DNA of 57,868 bases from Magnetococcales bacterium HA3dbin3 (GTDB taxonomy: Bacteria; Pseudomonadota; Magnetococcia; Magnetococcales; DC0425bin3), in contig PEAJ01000001.1 of the NCBI GenBank assembly GCA_002753495.1, positions 1 through 57,868 on the forward strand, in the 5' to 3' direction. The notes under the pieces were generated by a model. It made no database searches, was not told the origin of the DNA, and saw only the letters and a program-made list of their open reading frames with translations. The translations under genes and the position numbers were made by a program. Positions 47,421 through 56,170 of this stretch are shown here, piece after piece (the first letter of the stretch is position 1; each line of letters opens with the position of its first letter).

Positions 47421-49009
47421 TGCTCCGTCCGTATCAACGCGAGGCCCTCGACGCCATCTACCGCTATTTCGAGACCAGCACCGGCAATCCTCTGGTGGTG
47501 ATCCCCACCGCCGGGGGCAAGAGTCTGGTCATGGCCACCTTCATCCAGGAGGCGATTCAGTTCTATCCCGATACCCGCATCCTGGTGGTGACCCACGTCC
47601 GCGAGCTGATCAGCCAGAACTTCTCCGAGCTGATGAATCTCTGGCGGTCAGCCCCGGCGGGCATTCACAGCGCCGGGCTGAACAGCCGCGACACCGAGGC
47701 ACAGGTGCTTTTCTGCGGCATCCAGTCGGTCCACAAACGGGCCTACGACATCCAGCGGGCCGACCTGGTGCTGGTGGATGAGGCGCACCTCATTCCCCGC
47801 AACTCCGACACCATGTACCAGCGTTTCCTGGGGGATCTCAAGCGCATCAACCCCTACATGAAGATCATCGGTCTCACCGCCACCCCGTATCGTCTGGACA
47901 GCGGACTGCTGCACCAGGGCGACGGGGCGCTCTTCGACGATATCGCCTACGAGGTGCCGGTGCGGAATTTGGTGGACCAGGGATATCTCGCCCCCCTGAT
48001 CAGCAAACGCACCGACACCCAGTTGGACGTCTCCGGCGTCGGCACCCGGGGCGGGGAGTTCATCCCCGGCCAACTGGAGGCGGCGGTGGACAAGGATCCC
48101 GTCACCCGGGCAGCGGTGGAGGAGATCATCGCCCACGGGCAGAACCGGCGCTCCTGGCTGCTCTTCTGCTCCGGCGTTTCCCACGCCCGGCACGTCCAGG
48201 AGGCGGTGCAGGCCCATGGTGTTTCCTGCGCCACCATCTTCGGCGATACCCCCAAGGCGGAACGGGACGAGATCGTCGCCGCCTTCAAACGCGGCGAGAT
48301 CCGCGCCCTGGCCTCCATGGGGGTGCTGACCACCGGCTTCAACGCCCCGGCGGTGGAGTTGATCGCCATGCTGCGCCCCACCAAATCCACCGGCCTCTAC
48401 GTCCAGATCGCCGGACGCGGCATGCGCCTCGCGCCGGGGAAAATTGACTGTCTGGTGCTGGATTTTGCGGGCAACGTCCAGCGCCACGGCCCCATCGACA
48501 AGGTGAAGCCGAAAAAGCCCGGCGAAGGGGACGGCGACGCCCCGGTCAAGACCTGCGAGACGTGCCAGACCATCAATTACGCGGCGGTGCGTCACTGCAC
48601 CCAGTGCGGCCACGAGTTCCCGCCGCCGGAGTGCGACAAGCTGGAGGCTACCGCCACCACGAAGGAGATCCTCACCGGCGGCAAGGTGGAATGGGTCAAG
48701 GTCTACGACATCGCCTACCGCCTGCACCAGAAGGAGGGCAAGCCGCCCTCGCTGCGCGTGGAATACCTCTGCGGCTTCAACTGGCACCGGGAATGGGTCT
48801 GCTTCGAACACACAGGTTTCCCACGCCAGAAGGCTGCCAGTTGGTGGGCTCGTCGCGCCCCCGCCGGGGTGCGGGTGCCGGACAGCGTGGCCGAGGCCCT
48901 GGAGCTGGTGGATCACCTGCTTATCCCGGAGGAGATCGCCATCCGACCGGCGGACCGCTTCGTGGAGGTGGTGGGCGCACGTTTCGGCGAGGAGACAAAC
49001 CATGGTTGA
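47414..49009 (+). CDS. SF2 DEAD/DEAH-box DNA helicase (phage replication) with C-terminal zinc ribbon
   Basis: LRPYQREAL, IPTAGGKS (motif I), LVLVDEAH (motif II), and CETCQTINYAAVRHCTQCGHEF. Confidence 0.88.
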   Translation: MLMLRPYQREALDAIYRYFETSTGNPLVVIPTAGGKSLVMATFIQEAIQFYPDTRILVVTHVRELISQNFSELMNLWRSAPAGIHSAGLNSRDTEAQVLFCGIQSVHKRAYDIQRADLVLVDEAHLIPRNSDTMYQRFLGDLKRINPYMKIIGLTATPYRLDSGLLHQGDGALFDDIAYEVPVRNLVDQGYLAPLISKRTDTQLDVSGVGTRGGEFIPGQLEAAVDKDPVTRAAVEEIIAHGQNRRSWLLFCSGVSHARHVQEAVQAHGVSCATIFGDTPKAERDEIVAAFKRGEIRALASMGVLTTGFNAPAVELIAMLRPTKSTGLYVQIAGRGMRLAPGKIDCLVLDFAGNVQRHGPIDKVKPKKPGEGDGDAPVKTCETCQTINYAAVRHCTQCGHEFPPPECDKLEATATTKEILTGGKVEWVKVYDIAYRLHQKEGKPPSLRVEYLCGFNWHREWVCFEHTGFPRQKAASWWARRAPAGVRVPDSVAEALELVDHLLIPEEIAIRPADRFVEVVGARFGEETNHG

Positions 49010-49208
49010 TCCCACCGAACGCGAGCAGGCGGCCCTGCGCGCCGCCGCCCCCCTGGCCGGGGAATACGTCGAGAGCCTGGGCAAGACCGACCTCACCCTT
49101 TTCACGGTGGAGGAGTTCCTCACCCTGATCCGAGTGATCGTCGGGGCCTACCTGGAAGCCAAGGCCCGCTTGGATATCAACGACACCTGGGACGATGTCC
49201 CGTTTTGA
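49002..49208 (+). CDS. hypothetical phage protein
   Basis: 68 aa. Overlaps the helicase stop by 8 nt. Confidence 0.5.
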   Translation: MVDPTEREQAALRAAAPLAGEYVESLGKTDLTLFTVEEFLTLIRVIVGAYLEAKARLDINDTWDDVPF

Positions 49209-49225
49209 GCGAAGGAACAAAGAGC

Positions 49226-49951
49226 ATGAACGCGATCACCGAAAACACCCATCCACTGATCACCATCGGCGAGGCCACCGTCCCGGTCATCGAATACCGG
49301 GGCAAACGCGCCGTCACCTTCGCCATGGTGGATCAACTTCATCAACGCCCGGAAGGGACGGCCAGAAAAAGGTTCAACGACAACAAAGATCGCTTCGTCG
49401 CCGGAGAGGATTTCCATCTCGTTGATTATTCTCAAATGTCCGAATTTCGGACATTTGGTCTGGAGGTTCCCCCTCGCGGTCTGACCCTCCTGTCCCAGTC
49501 CGGCTATCTGATGCTGGTGAAGTCCTTCACCGACGAGCTGGCGTGGCAGGTCCAGCGGGAACTGGTGAACCGGTATTTCCAGACGGTCCCCACCTCTGCC
49601 GCGCACCAACTCTACCTGATGGCCAAGACCGTTTGGGAGCAGGAGGAGCGCGTTCGTCAGATCGAACTGACCAGCTCCGAGCAACAGCGGCGGATCGACG
49701 CCATCGCCAAACGGCAGGCCGACATGGATGGCGACACCGGCTACATGACCGCCCTGGCCTTCCGCCGCCGGGAGAACATTCCGGCTCCCCTGACCCTGGC
49801 CCGACGGCTGGGGATCATGGCCAGCGACCTGTGCCGCGACCTGGGCATTCGCACCGGCAGGGTGCCCGACGAACGGTGGGGGTCGGTGAACAGCTATCCC
49901 GTCGAGGTGCTGCGGGAGTGCCTCGCCACCGTGAACCGCCAAGCGGCCTGA
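49226..49951 (+). CDS. ORF6N-domain (KilA-N-related) phage protein
   Basis: ORF 49205..49951 begins at a TTG; ATG 49226 is preferred. VIEYRGKRAVTFAMVDQLHQRPEGTARKRFNDNKDRFVAGEDFHLV is the ORF6N block as I recall it. Confidence 0.75.
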   Translation: MNAITENTHPLITIGEATVPVIEYRGKRAVTFAMVDQLHQRPEGTARKRFNDNKDRFVAGEDFHLVDYSQMSEFRTFGLEVPPRGLTLLSQSGYLMLVKSFTDELAWQVQRELVNRYFQTVPTSAAHQLYLMAKTVWEQEERVRQIELTSSEQQRRIDAIAKRQADMDGDTGYMTALAFRRRENIPAPLTLARRLGIMASDLCRDLGIRTGRVPDERWGSVNSYPVEVLRECLATVNRQAA

Positions 49952-49965
49952 AAGGAGAGACGACT

Positions 49966-52266
49966 ATGAGCGAAAACTTCATGACCCAGTACGGCGACCG
50001 GTTGATCGCCGGAGGCTTCCCCTTCCTGCCCATCGTCCCCGGCGAGAAATTTCCGGGACGTTTCGAGCGGGGCGCGTGGCTTCCCTACAAGGGCTGGACC
50101 CGCCACGCCGCCCGCGCCACCACGACCCACGAACTGGCCATCTGGAAGCAGTGGCCCGACGCCGGGATCGGCATTCCCTGCGGTCTGGTGGCCGGGGTGG
50201 ATATCGATATCGCCGACGATATCGGTCTGGCGGAACGATTCCAGTCCCTGGCCTTCGAGCTGCTGGGCGAGACACCGGCGGTGCGCATCGGCAACGCCCC
50301 CAAGCGGATGCTGGTCTATCGCACGGATGCTCCCTTCAAGGGGATCAAGGCCCACCCCCTGGAGGTGCTCTGCCAGGGCCAGCAGTTCGTCGCCTATGCC
50401 ATCCATCCCGGCACCGGCAGGCCCTACGAATGGCCGGTGCGCTCCCTGGCCGACCTGACCCTGGCGGATCTCCCGGTCATCACCGAGGCGCAGGCCCGCG
50501 CCTTCATCGACCAGGGGCTGGTGCTGCTGCCGGAAGGGATGCGCCCGGTGCGCCTGGAGCGCAACCATTCGGTAATTCCTAATGGTTCACCGTCGCCGGT
50601 TGTTTGCCAAACGAGCCACGATCTGGGCGGCACCCAGGAAGCGATCCAGGACGCCCTTCGCCACCTCGTCAACGCCGACCTGCCCTATGACGACTGGGTG
50701 CGTGTCGGCATGGCCCTCAAAGGGGCGTTGGGCGAGGCGGGCGCGGGTCTGTTCGCCGACTGGTCCGCCTCGTCCGCCAAGAACGTCCCCGAAACCACGG
50801 CCCGCGCCTGGGCCAGTTTCCACCCCACCGTCATCGGCGCGGGGACCATCTACCACCTGGCCCAGAGGCATGGCTGGAAGCCGGATGCCGCCCTCACCCT
50901 GAACCCGGCCAATCAGCACCCCGGCCCCCACCCGGCAGCGCCACTGCTGCAAAAGGTGCCCAGGGTTCCGTTGGCAGCGCCTGCGGAAGACGCCCCGCCG
51001 TTCCTGGACGGGCCGGAGTGGAACGTCACCGACATGGACGGGGTGCTGGGCCATCTGGTGGATTACATGGTGTCCACCGCCACCCGACCCCAGCCCATTC
51101 TGGCAGTGGGCAACGCTCTCTGCGCCCTGGGGGCGTTGATGGGGCGGCGATACCGCACCGAAACCGACATCCGCAGCAACCTCTACGTGGTAGGCATCGC
51201 CGACAGCGGCTCCGGTAAGAACCACAGCCGGGAGGTGATTACCGACCTGCTGTTCCGCGCCGGGCTGAAGAAGTTCCTGGGCGGTAACCGCATCGCCTCC
51301 GGCGCGGGCCTGCTGCGGGCCATTCACGATCACCCGGCCATCCTCTTCCAGCAGGACGAGTTCGGCATGTTCCTCCAGGCCGCCGCCGACCGCAAGCGCA
51401 GCCCCAAACACATCACCGACATCCTGGACCTGATGACGGAGCTGTACTCCTCGTCCGCCACCGTCTTCCTGGGGCCGGAATACGCCATGCCGGACAAGAA
51501 GGGGCGACAGGACATCAACCAGCCCTGCCTGTGCCTCTACGGCACCACCACGCCCACCCTCTTCTGGACGGCCTTGAAGAGCGCCAACGTCGCCGACGGC
51601 TCCCTGGCCCGCTTCCTGATCCTGAAGACCCAGGACGATTACCCGGAGGCCAGCGGTGCTGCGGCCCTGCGCCAGCCGCCCGAAGAGCTGGTGGCCGCGC
51701 TGGCCGCCATCGCCCAGAACGGCAGCGGAGGCGAGGGCAACCTGGCGAACCTGACCACCGGCCCGGAGACCGCCATCCATCCGCAGGTGGTGTCCATGCT
51801 GCCGGAGGCGCGGGAGCGGTTCGCCGCCCTGAACCGGCAGGTCACAGCCTTGTTGCGGCGGTCGCGGGGGAGCCAGTTCTCGCCCATCCTGGCGCGGGCC
51901 TGGGAGAACGCCGCCAAGGTGGCCCTGATCCGGGCGGTTTCCGCCGACCCCGCGCAACCGGTGATCCGAGACGAGGACGCCCTCTGGGCCATCGCCCTGG
52001 TGCGCTACGCCGTCAACACCTTCATCGCGGACGTGGAACGTTTCGTCGCCGACAACCAGACCGAGCAGAATCATAAGCGGGTGCTGGGCATCATCCAGAG
52101 CGCAAGGGCGAAAGGCATCACCCAGCGCGACCTCTCCCGGCGCACCCAATTCCTGGACCGGCGGCAGCGGCAGGAGGTGGTGCAGGCCCTGCTCGATGGC
52201 GGACAGATCGTGGGCGAGTCACGTCCAAGCCGGACCCAACCGGCGATGGTCTACCGGGTTCCATGA
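49966..52266 (+). CDS. bifunctional primase-polymerase / P-loop helicase-like replication protein
   Basis: Within ORF 49543..52266; ATG 49966 follows AAAGGAGAG. GFPFLPIVPGEKFP...GLVAGVDIDI (prim-pol DxD), a PriCT-like middle region (DWVRVGMALK), and IADSGSGKNHS (Walker A). Confidence 0.8.
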   Translation: MSENFMTQYGDRLIAGGFPFLPIVPGEKFPGRFERGAWLPYKGWTRHAARATTTHELAIWKQWPDAGIGIPCGLVAGVDIDIADDIGLAERFQSLAFELLGETPAVRIGNAPKRMLVYRTDAPFKGIKAHPLEVLCQGQQFVAYAIHPGTGRPYEWPVRSLADLTLADLPVITEAQARAFIDQGLVLLPEGMRPVRLERNHSVIPNGSPSPVVCQTSHDLGGTQEAIQDALRHLVNADLPYDDWVRVGMALKGALGEAGAGLFADWSASSAKNVPETTARAWASFHPTVIGAGTIYHLAQRHGWKPDAALTLNPANQHPGPHPAAPLLQKVPRVPLAAPAEDAPPFLDGPEWNVTDMDGVLGHLVDYMVSTATRPQPILAVGNALCALGALMGRRYRTETDIRSNLYVVGIADSGSGKNHSREVITDLLFRAGLKKFLGGNRIASGAGLLRAIHDHPAILFQQDEFGMFLQAAADRKRSPKHITDILDLMTELYSSSATVFLGPEYAMPDKKGRQDINQPCLCLYGTTTPTLFWTALKSANVADGSLARFLILKTQDDYPEASGAAALRQPPEELVAALAAIAQNGSGGEGNLANLTTGPETAIHPQVVSMLPEARERFAALNRQVTALLRRSRGSQFSPILARAWENAAKVALIRAVSADPAQPVIRDEDALWAIALVRYAVNTFIADVERFVADNQTEQNHKRVLGIIQSARAKGITQRDLSRRTQFLDRRQRQEVVQALLDGGQIVGESRPSRTQPAMVYRVP

Positions 52267-52618
52267 CCCGGGAAACACCCGGCAAGTCCGTCATGTGCCT
52301 CCCGGTGACGAACTTGCCGGTGCAACACCATGAAATTACATCGGAAATAGTGAACGTGGCAGGCGTCAACCGTAGGAAAAAAAAGAAGAAGGTAAATGCT
52401 CTATACATATTCTCTATATATAAAGGGCTTTTTTACCAGAGGTTGACTCATTGACAGATCATGATTTTCTTTTTTGTTTCATATGGATGAAAGGAAAGAA
52501 CCAGTCATCCAGGCTGGTTTGACGGATTGAACGCACCAAAACCCCGCAGAGCGACGGATCAGGGATCGGCCTCCCGCTCCATCGCCCTCACCCAACATCA
52601 CCACAAGGAGTGAGGACG

Positions 52619-53146
52619 ATGACCGTTTCCCGAACCGCGCCCAGGGGCGCACCACCTCAACCCAGGCCGGAGTCTTCCGGCGCAACCGCCATCCTCGCCC
52701 TGGACCTGGGCAGCAAGACCGGCTGGGCCCTGCATCAGGCCGACGGCCCCATCACCAGCGGCGTGATGGAATTCAAACCGGGTCGTTTCGAGGGCGGCGG
52801 CATGGCCTTCGTCCGCTTCAAGCACTGGCTGGACGAAGTCCGCCTCTTCGCGGAACCGCTGGGCGCGGTGTTCTTCGAGGAGGTCCGGGCCCATGCCGGA
52901 GTGACCGCCGCCCATGTCTACGGCGGCTTCCTCGCCCACCTCACCGCCTGGGCCGAGCAGCACCAGCTTCCGTATCAGGGTGTGCCGGTGGGAACCATCA
53001 AACGACATGCGACGGGCAAGGGCAACGCCTCGAAGGAGGAGATGCTGGAGGCCATGCGGCGCAAGGGTCATCAGCCGGTGGACGACAACGCCGCCGACGC
53101 CCTGGCCATCCTGCACTGGGCCCTGGACGAGGAGGTGGTCAAATGA
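52619..53146 (+). CDS. RuvC-like Holliday junction resolvase
   Basis: ATG 52619 lies 8 nt after AAGGAG. ILALDLGSKTGWAL (first catalytic Asp) and C-terminal DDNAADALAILHWAL. Confidence 0.75.
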   Translation: MTVSRTAPRGAPPQPRPESSGATAILALDLGSKTGWALHQADGPITSGVMEFKPGRFEGGGMAFVRFKHWLDEVRLFAEPLGAVFFEEVRAHAGVTAAHVYGGFLAHLTAWAEQHQLPYQGVPVGTIKRHATGKGNASKEEMLEAMRRKGHQPVDDNAADALAILHWALDEEVVK

Positions 53147-53361
53147 TCGGTGGACCTCGCCCCCCTCGCTCCTGTCTCGCCCGGTTCATCCCGGAGCGGA
53201 GCAACAAGGAAGAGACCAAGAAATTCGGCTGGCGGGACCACGGCATTCTGGTCATCGACGCCAACGACCCCCGTCTGGCTTGGCCGGAACGGGAGTTGAT
53301 CAAGCAACTGGGCGAGAAGCTCTATGGCCGCCGCCAGGGAAAGGAGGTGAAGCATGGCTGA
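53143..53361 (+). CDS. hypothetical phage protein
   Basis: 72 aa, with 4-nt and 8-nt overlaps to its neighbours. Confidence 0.5.
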   Translation: MIGGPRPPRSCLARFIPERSNKEETKKFGWRDHGILVIDANDPRLAWPERELIKQLGEKLYGRRQGKEVKHG

Positions 53362-53797
53362 ATCGAAATGGACCCCCAAGCTGGTGGCGGATCGGCTGGA
53401 AGAAGCCGCCAGCACCCTGCGCCGCCTGCCGGTGGCCGGGCTGAAGCCCAGGGAATACGGCAATGCTTGGCCCACGGTGATCCACGAATTTTGTGAGGCC
53501 TATGGCTGGAACGAGGCAGTGGTCCGTCTTGGCCCCCCACCCTCCGAGGCCATCACCCGCATGGACGAGTGCCTGGACTGGTTGCGGTGGTTGGAAGCAG
53601 AGGATGTCAGGCTGGTCTGGTCTCGCGCCACCCGGGTGCCATGGAAACTCATTCAGCGGCAGCTTGGGGTAGCCAGATCGACGGCAGCCGCCAGATGGAC
53701 TGCCGCCATCATGCAGATCGTCGCCATTCTCAACCTGCCAGGAAACAAAATGTCCGGACATCTTCCTGCCGGACATGCCGGACAAAATTTGCTATGA
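53354..53797 (+). CDS. hypothetical phage protein (DUF6362-like from memory)
   Basis: 147 aa. WTPKLVADRLEEAASTLRRLP...WPTVIHEFCEAYGW...RMDECLDWLRWLE...RWTAAIMQIV. Confidence 0.55.
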   Translation: MAESKWTPKLVADRLEEAASTLRRLPVAGLKPREYGNAWPTVIHEFCEAYGWNEAVVRLGPPPSEAITRMDECLDWLRWLEAEDVRLVWSRATRVPWKLIQRQLGVARSTAAARWTAAIMQIVAILNLPGNKMSGHLPAGHAGQNLL

Positions 53798-53907
53798 TTC
53801 CCATCACAATGACGGGAGCGTGCGCACGCCGGTCCCGACGCAACCGATCACCACCAAAACCCGCCCGGGGAAACTCGCGGCGGGTTTTGCTTTTCTGGAG
53901 ACCGCCA

Positions 53908-54303
53908 ATGCCGGAAGCGACCCCCTGGCCCCACTTTGCCGCCGCCGAGCTTACCTGTCACTGCGGCTGCGGTCGGATGGAGATGGACCCCGAATTCATG
54001 TCCCTCCTGGAAATGCTTCGGACGGCCTACGGCAAGCCCATGACCGTCACCTCCGGCTTTCGCTGCCCGATGCACAACCTCCAAGCCTCCAGCACCGGCC
54101 TGTCCGGCCCGCACGTCACCGGCAAGGCGGTGGATCTCCAGGTGGCGGGGGAGGACGCCTTCCGCCTGCTGGCCATGGCCGTCAGCTTCGGTTTCACCGG
54201 CATCGGCCTACGGCAGAGCGGTGCTTCCCAGGAGCGCTTCATCCACTTGGACACCATCGAACAGGGGCCGGGCCGTCCCCGTCCTCGCGTTTGGACCTAC
54301 TGA
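53908..54303 (+). CDS. peptidase M15A-family cell-wall hydrolase (endolysin candidate)
   Basis: Within ORF 53569..54303. FAAAELTCHCGCG...TVTSGFRCPMHN...HVTGKAVDL...IHLD are zinc D,D-/L,D-peptidase M15 (YcbK/DUF882-like) blocks. Confidence 0.75.
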   Translation: MPEATPWPHFAAAELTCHCGCGRMEMDPEFMSLLEMLRTAYGKPMTVTSGFRCPMHNLQASSTGLSGPHVTGKAVDLQVAGEDAFRLLAMAVSFGFTGIGLRQSGASQERFIHLDTIEQGPGRPRPRVWTY

Positions 54304-54317
54304 TCGGAGATCCCGCC

Positions 54318-54512
54318 ATGAACCGCTATTCGTTCCTTGCCCGCTTCAAGGAACCGTCCACCTGGGCGGCACTGGCCGCCGGGCTGGCCATCGTCACCGG
54401 GCATGATCCGTCCCTGGCCGCCGATACCGCGTTGCAGATCGCGGGCGGTGTCGCCACCCTCGCCGGGGTGGTGCTGGCCGAGTCCAACAACCGCAACCCA
54501 CCGCTCCTCTGA
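54318..54512 (+). CDS. small membrane protein (holin-like)
   Basis: 64 aa with hydrophobic segments WAALAAGLAIVTG and IAGGVATLAGVVLA. Lies directly after the endolysin candidate. Confidence 0.5.
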   Translation: MNRYSFLARFKEPSTWAALAAGLAIVTGHDPSLAADTALQIAGGVATLAGVVLAESNNRNPPLL

Positions 54513-54712
54513 TGGACACCCTCCAGGACATCCTCCTGCGCCTGGGCCAGATCCAGGGTTCGCTGGAAGCCATCGAGGGTCGCCAGAAGGAAATGACCCG
54601 CTGGCTCGACGGCATGGACTCCCGCCTGCGCGCCGTGGAGATCAAGGCCGCGCTGTGGGGTATTGCCGGTGGCGGCGGGACCATGGCCCTGGTTCACTTC
54701 CTGAAGCCGTAG
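54512..54712 (+). CDS. small membrane-anchored protein (lysis accessory candidate)
   Basis: 66 aa. Coiled-coil-like N-terminus plus a C-terminal TM helix (ALWGIAGGGGTMALVHFL). Confidence 0.45.
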   Translation: MDTLQDILLRLGQIQGSLEAIEGRQKEMTRWLDGMDSRLRAVEIKAALWGIAGGGGTMALVHFLKP

Positions 54713-54719
54713 TGTCGCC

Positions 54720-55319
54720 ATGGTCAGCGTCACCGTCAACGAGAACGCTGTCAACAAAGTCTTCGCCGACCTGGAGAAGCAACTGCGTTTCGCCGCCGCC
54801 CAGGCACTGACCAAGACCGCGCAGGACGCTCAGGAGGAAGTGAAGCGGCAGTTGCCGGAACGCTTCACCATCCGCACCGGCTGGCTGGCCAAAGGCATCC
54901 GCATCCGCCCGGCCAGCCGGAACAACCTGAAGGCCTCGGTGCTGGTCAAGGACGCCTTCATGGCCCTGCAGGAGACCGGCGGCGACAAGACCTCCCCCTT
55001 CGGCGACGCCCTGGGTGTGCCGGTGGGGGCACGTCCCACCCCCCAGAACATCACCCGTCCCTCCAAATTCCCCGGCGCATTGCTCGCCAAGAAGGGCTTC
55101 TTCATCGCCCCCATCACCCACGGCTCCAAGACCACGGGCGTCTGGAAGCGCACCGGCAAGGGCCGCCGTGAGCGGCTGCAACTGATGTACGTCTTCGAGC
55201 GGAAGGTGCGGCTCAAGCCCAGGTTCGGCTTCCACGAAACGGTGCGCAAGGTGGCGGTGGAACGGTTTCCCCATCGGTTTGCCGAGGCGCTGCGGCAGGC
55301 CTTGGCCTCTTTGAGGTGA
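54720..55319 (+). CDS. phage structural protein, HK97 gp10-like (tentative)
   Basis: 199 aa. LEKQLRFAAAQALTKTAQDAQEEVKRQLPERFTIRTGWLAKGIR resembles gp10-type head-tail proteins from memory. Confidence 0.4.
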   Translation: MVSVTVNENAVNKVFADLEKQLRFAAAQALTKTAQDAQEEVKRQLPERFTIRTGWLAKGIRIRPASRNNLKASVLVKDAFMALQETGGDKTSPFGDALGVPVGARPTPQNITRPSKFPGALLAKKGFFIAPITHGSKTTGVWKRTGKGRRERLQLMYVFERKVRLKPRFGFHETVRKVAVERFPHRFAEALRQALASLR

Positions 55320-55429
55320 TGCTGCGATCAAATGCTGTGCCATATCAGATAGTTCTGGTTCCTTCCCGGCCAAGAAATCGGCGGGTGCCGCGCGACCCCG
55401 GCTTTTCGCTAGCGCCAGACCGGAAAACG

Positions 55430-55583
55430 GGTACGCATTTCCAGGTACGCAGTACGCACCATGCCTGAATTTGTGATGGCAAAACAAGATGATCAAGAAT
55501 CATCAGGGTGCGTACCGGCAAGGTGCGCGGTACGCACCCTGGTACGCACCCGGCGGGATTGGTACGCACCCCGGTGCGCACCC
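55430..55583. repeat. dense array of GGTACGCACC words in both orientations, upstream of the small terminase gene
   Basis: GGTACGCA at 55430 and 55444. GTACGCACC at 55452. Inverted GGTGCGTACC at 55507. GGTACGCACC at 55529, 55541 and 55561. Degenerate GGTGCGC(ACC) at 55522 and 55573. Confidence 0.85.
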
Positions 55584-55609
55584 ACAGTCGGACAGTCGGG
55601 AGATTGAAT

Positions 55610-56170
55610 ATGGGAATGTCCATCCGCGCCTATGCTCGTCAGCGGGGGGTGAGCGAGGGAGCGGTGCGCAAGGCGATCAAGGCGGGGCGCATCCCCGCTG
55701 AATCGGACGGGACCATCGACCCCGCCAAGGCCGACGCCGCCTGGGAACGCAACACCGACCCGGCCCAGCAGCGCAAACCGGACCCAATCCCACCGGTTCG
55801 GACAATGCCTCAACCAGTCCGGGAGACGCCCCCTCTGCCGCAACCCAGGCCAACGGTGCGTCCCCCGTCGCCCGACCCGGAACCAGGGCCAAGCAATCCG
55901 GCGGTCCCCAACTACCAGGTCAGCCGGGCCATCCGGGAGACCTACAACGCCAAGCTCACTCGCATGGATTACGAGGAACGCCAGGGCAAGCTGCTGAAGG
56001 CCGAGGATGTGGCCCGCGACGCCTTCGAGATGGCGCGCCGGGTGCGGGACCGGCTGCTGGGTATTCCCAGCCGCATGGCGGCGGTGCTGGCTTCCGAGAC
56101 CGACGCCAAGAGCATCGAACGCCTGCTGGATCAGGAACTGCGCATCGCCCTGGAGGAGCTTTCCCGATGA
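55610..56170 (+). CDS. terminase small subunit
   Basis: ORF 55508..56170; ATG 55610 follows GGGAGA. MSIRAYARQRGVSEGAVRKAIKAGRI HTH, and C-terminal YEERQGKLLKAEDVARDAFEMARRVRDRLLGIPSRMA, typical of phage TerS. Confidence 0.75.
   Translation: MGMSIRAYARQRGVSEGAVRKAIKAGRIPAESDGTIDPAKADAAWERNTDPAQQRKPDPIPPVRTMPQPVRETPPLPQPRPTVRPPSPDPEPGPSNPAVPNYQVSRAIRETYNAKLTRMDYEERQGKLLKAEDVARDAFEMARRVRDRLLGIPSRMAAVLASETDAKSIERLLDQELRIALEELSR

Noticed and set aside
55508-55609. N-terminal 34-codon extension of the small terminase ORF.
   Set aside because: The extension merely translates the GGTACGCACC repeat array (GTHPGTHP..VRTPVRTH). ATG 55610 has a proper GGGAGA SD and begins directly with the TerS HTH.
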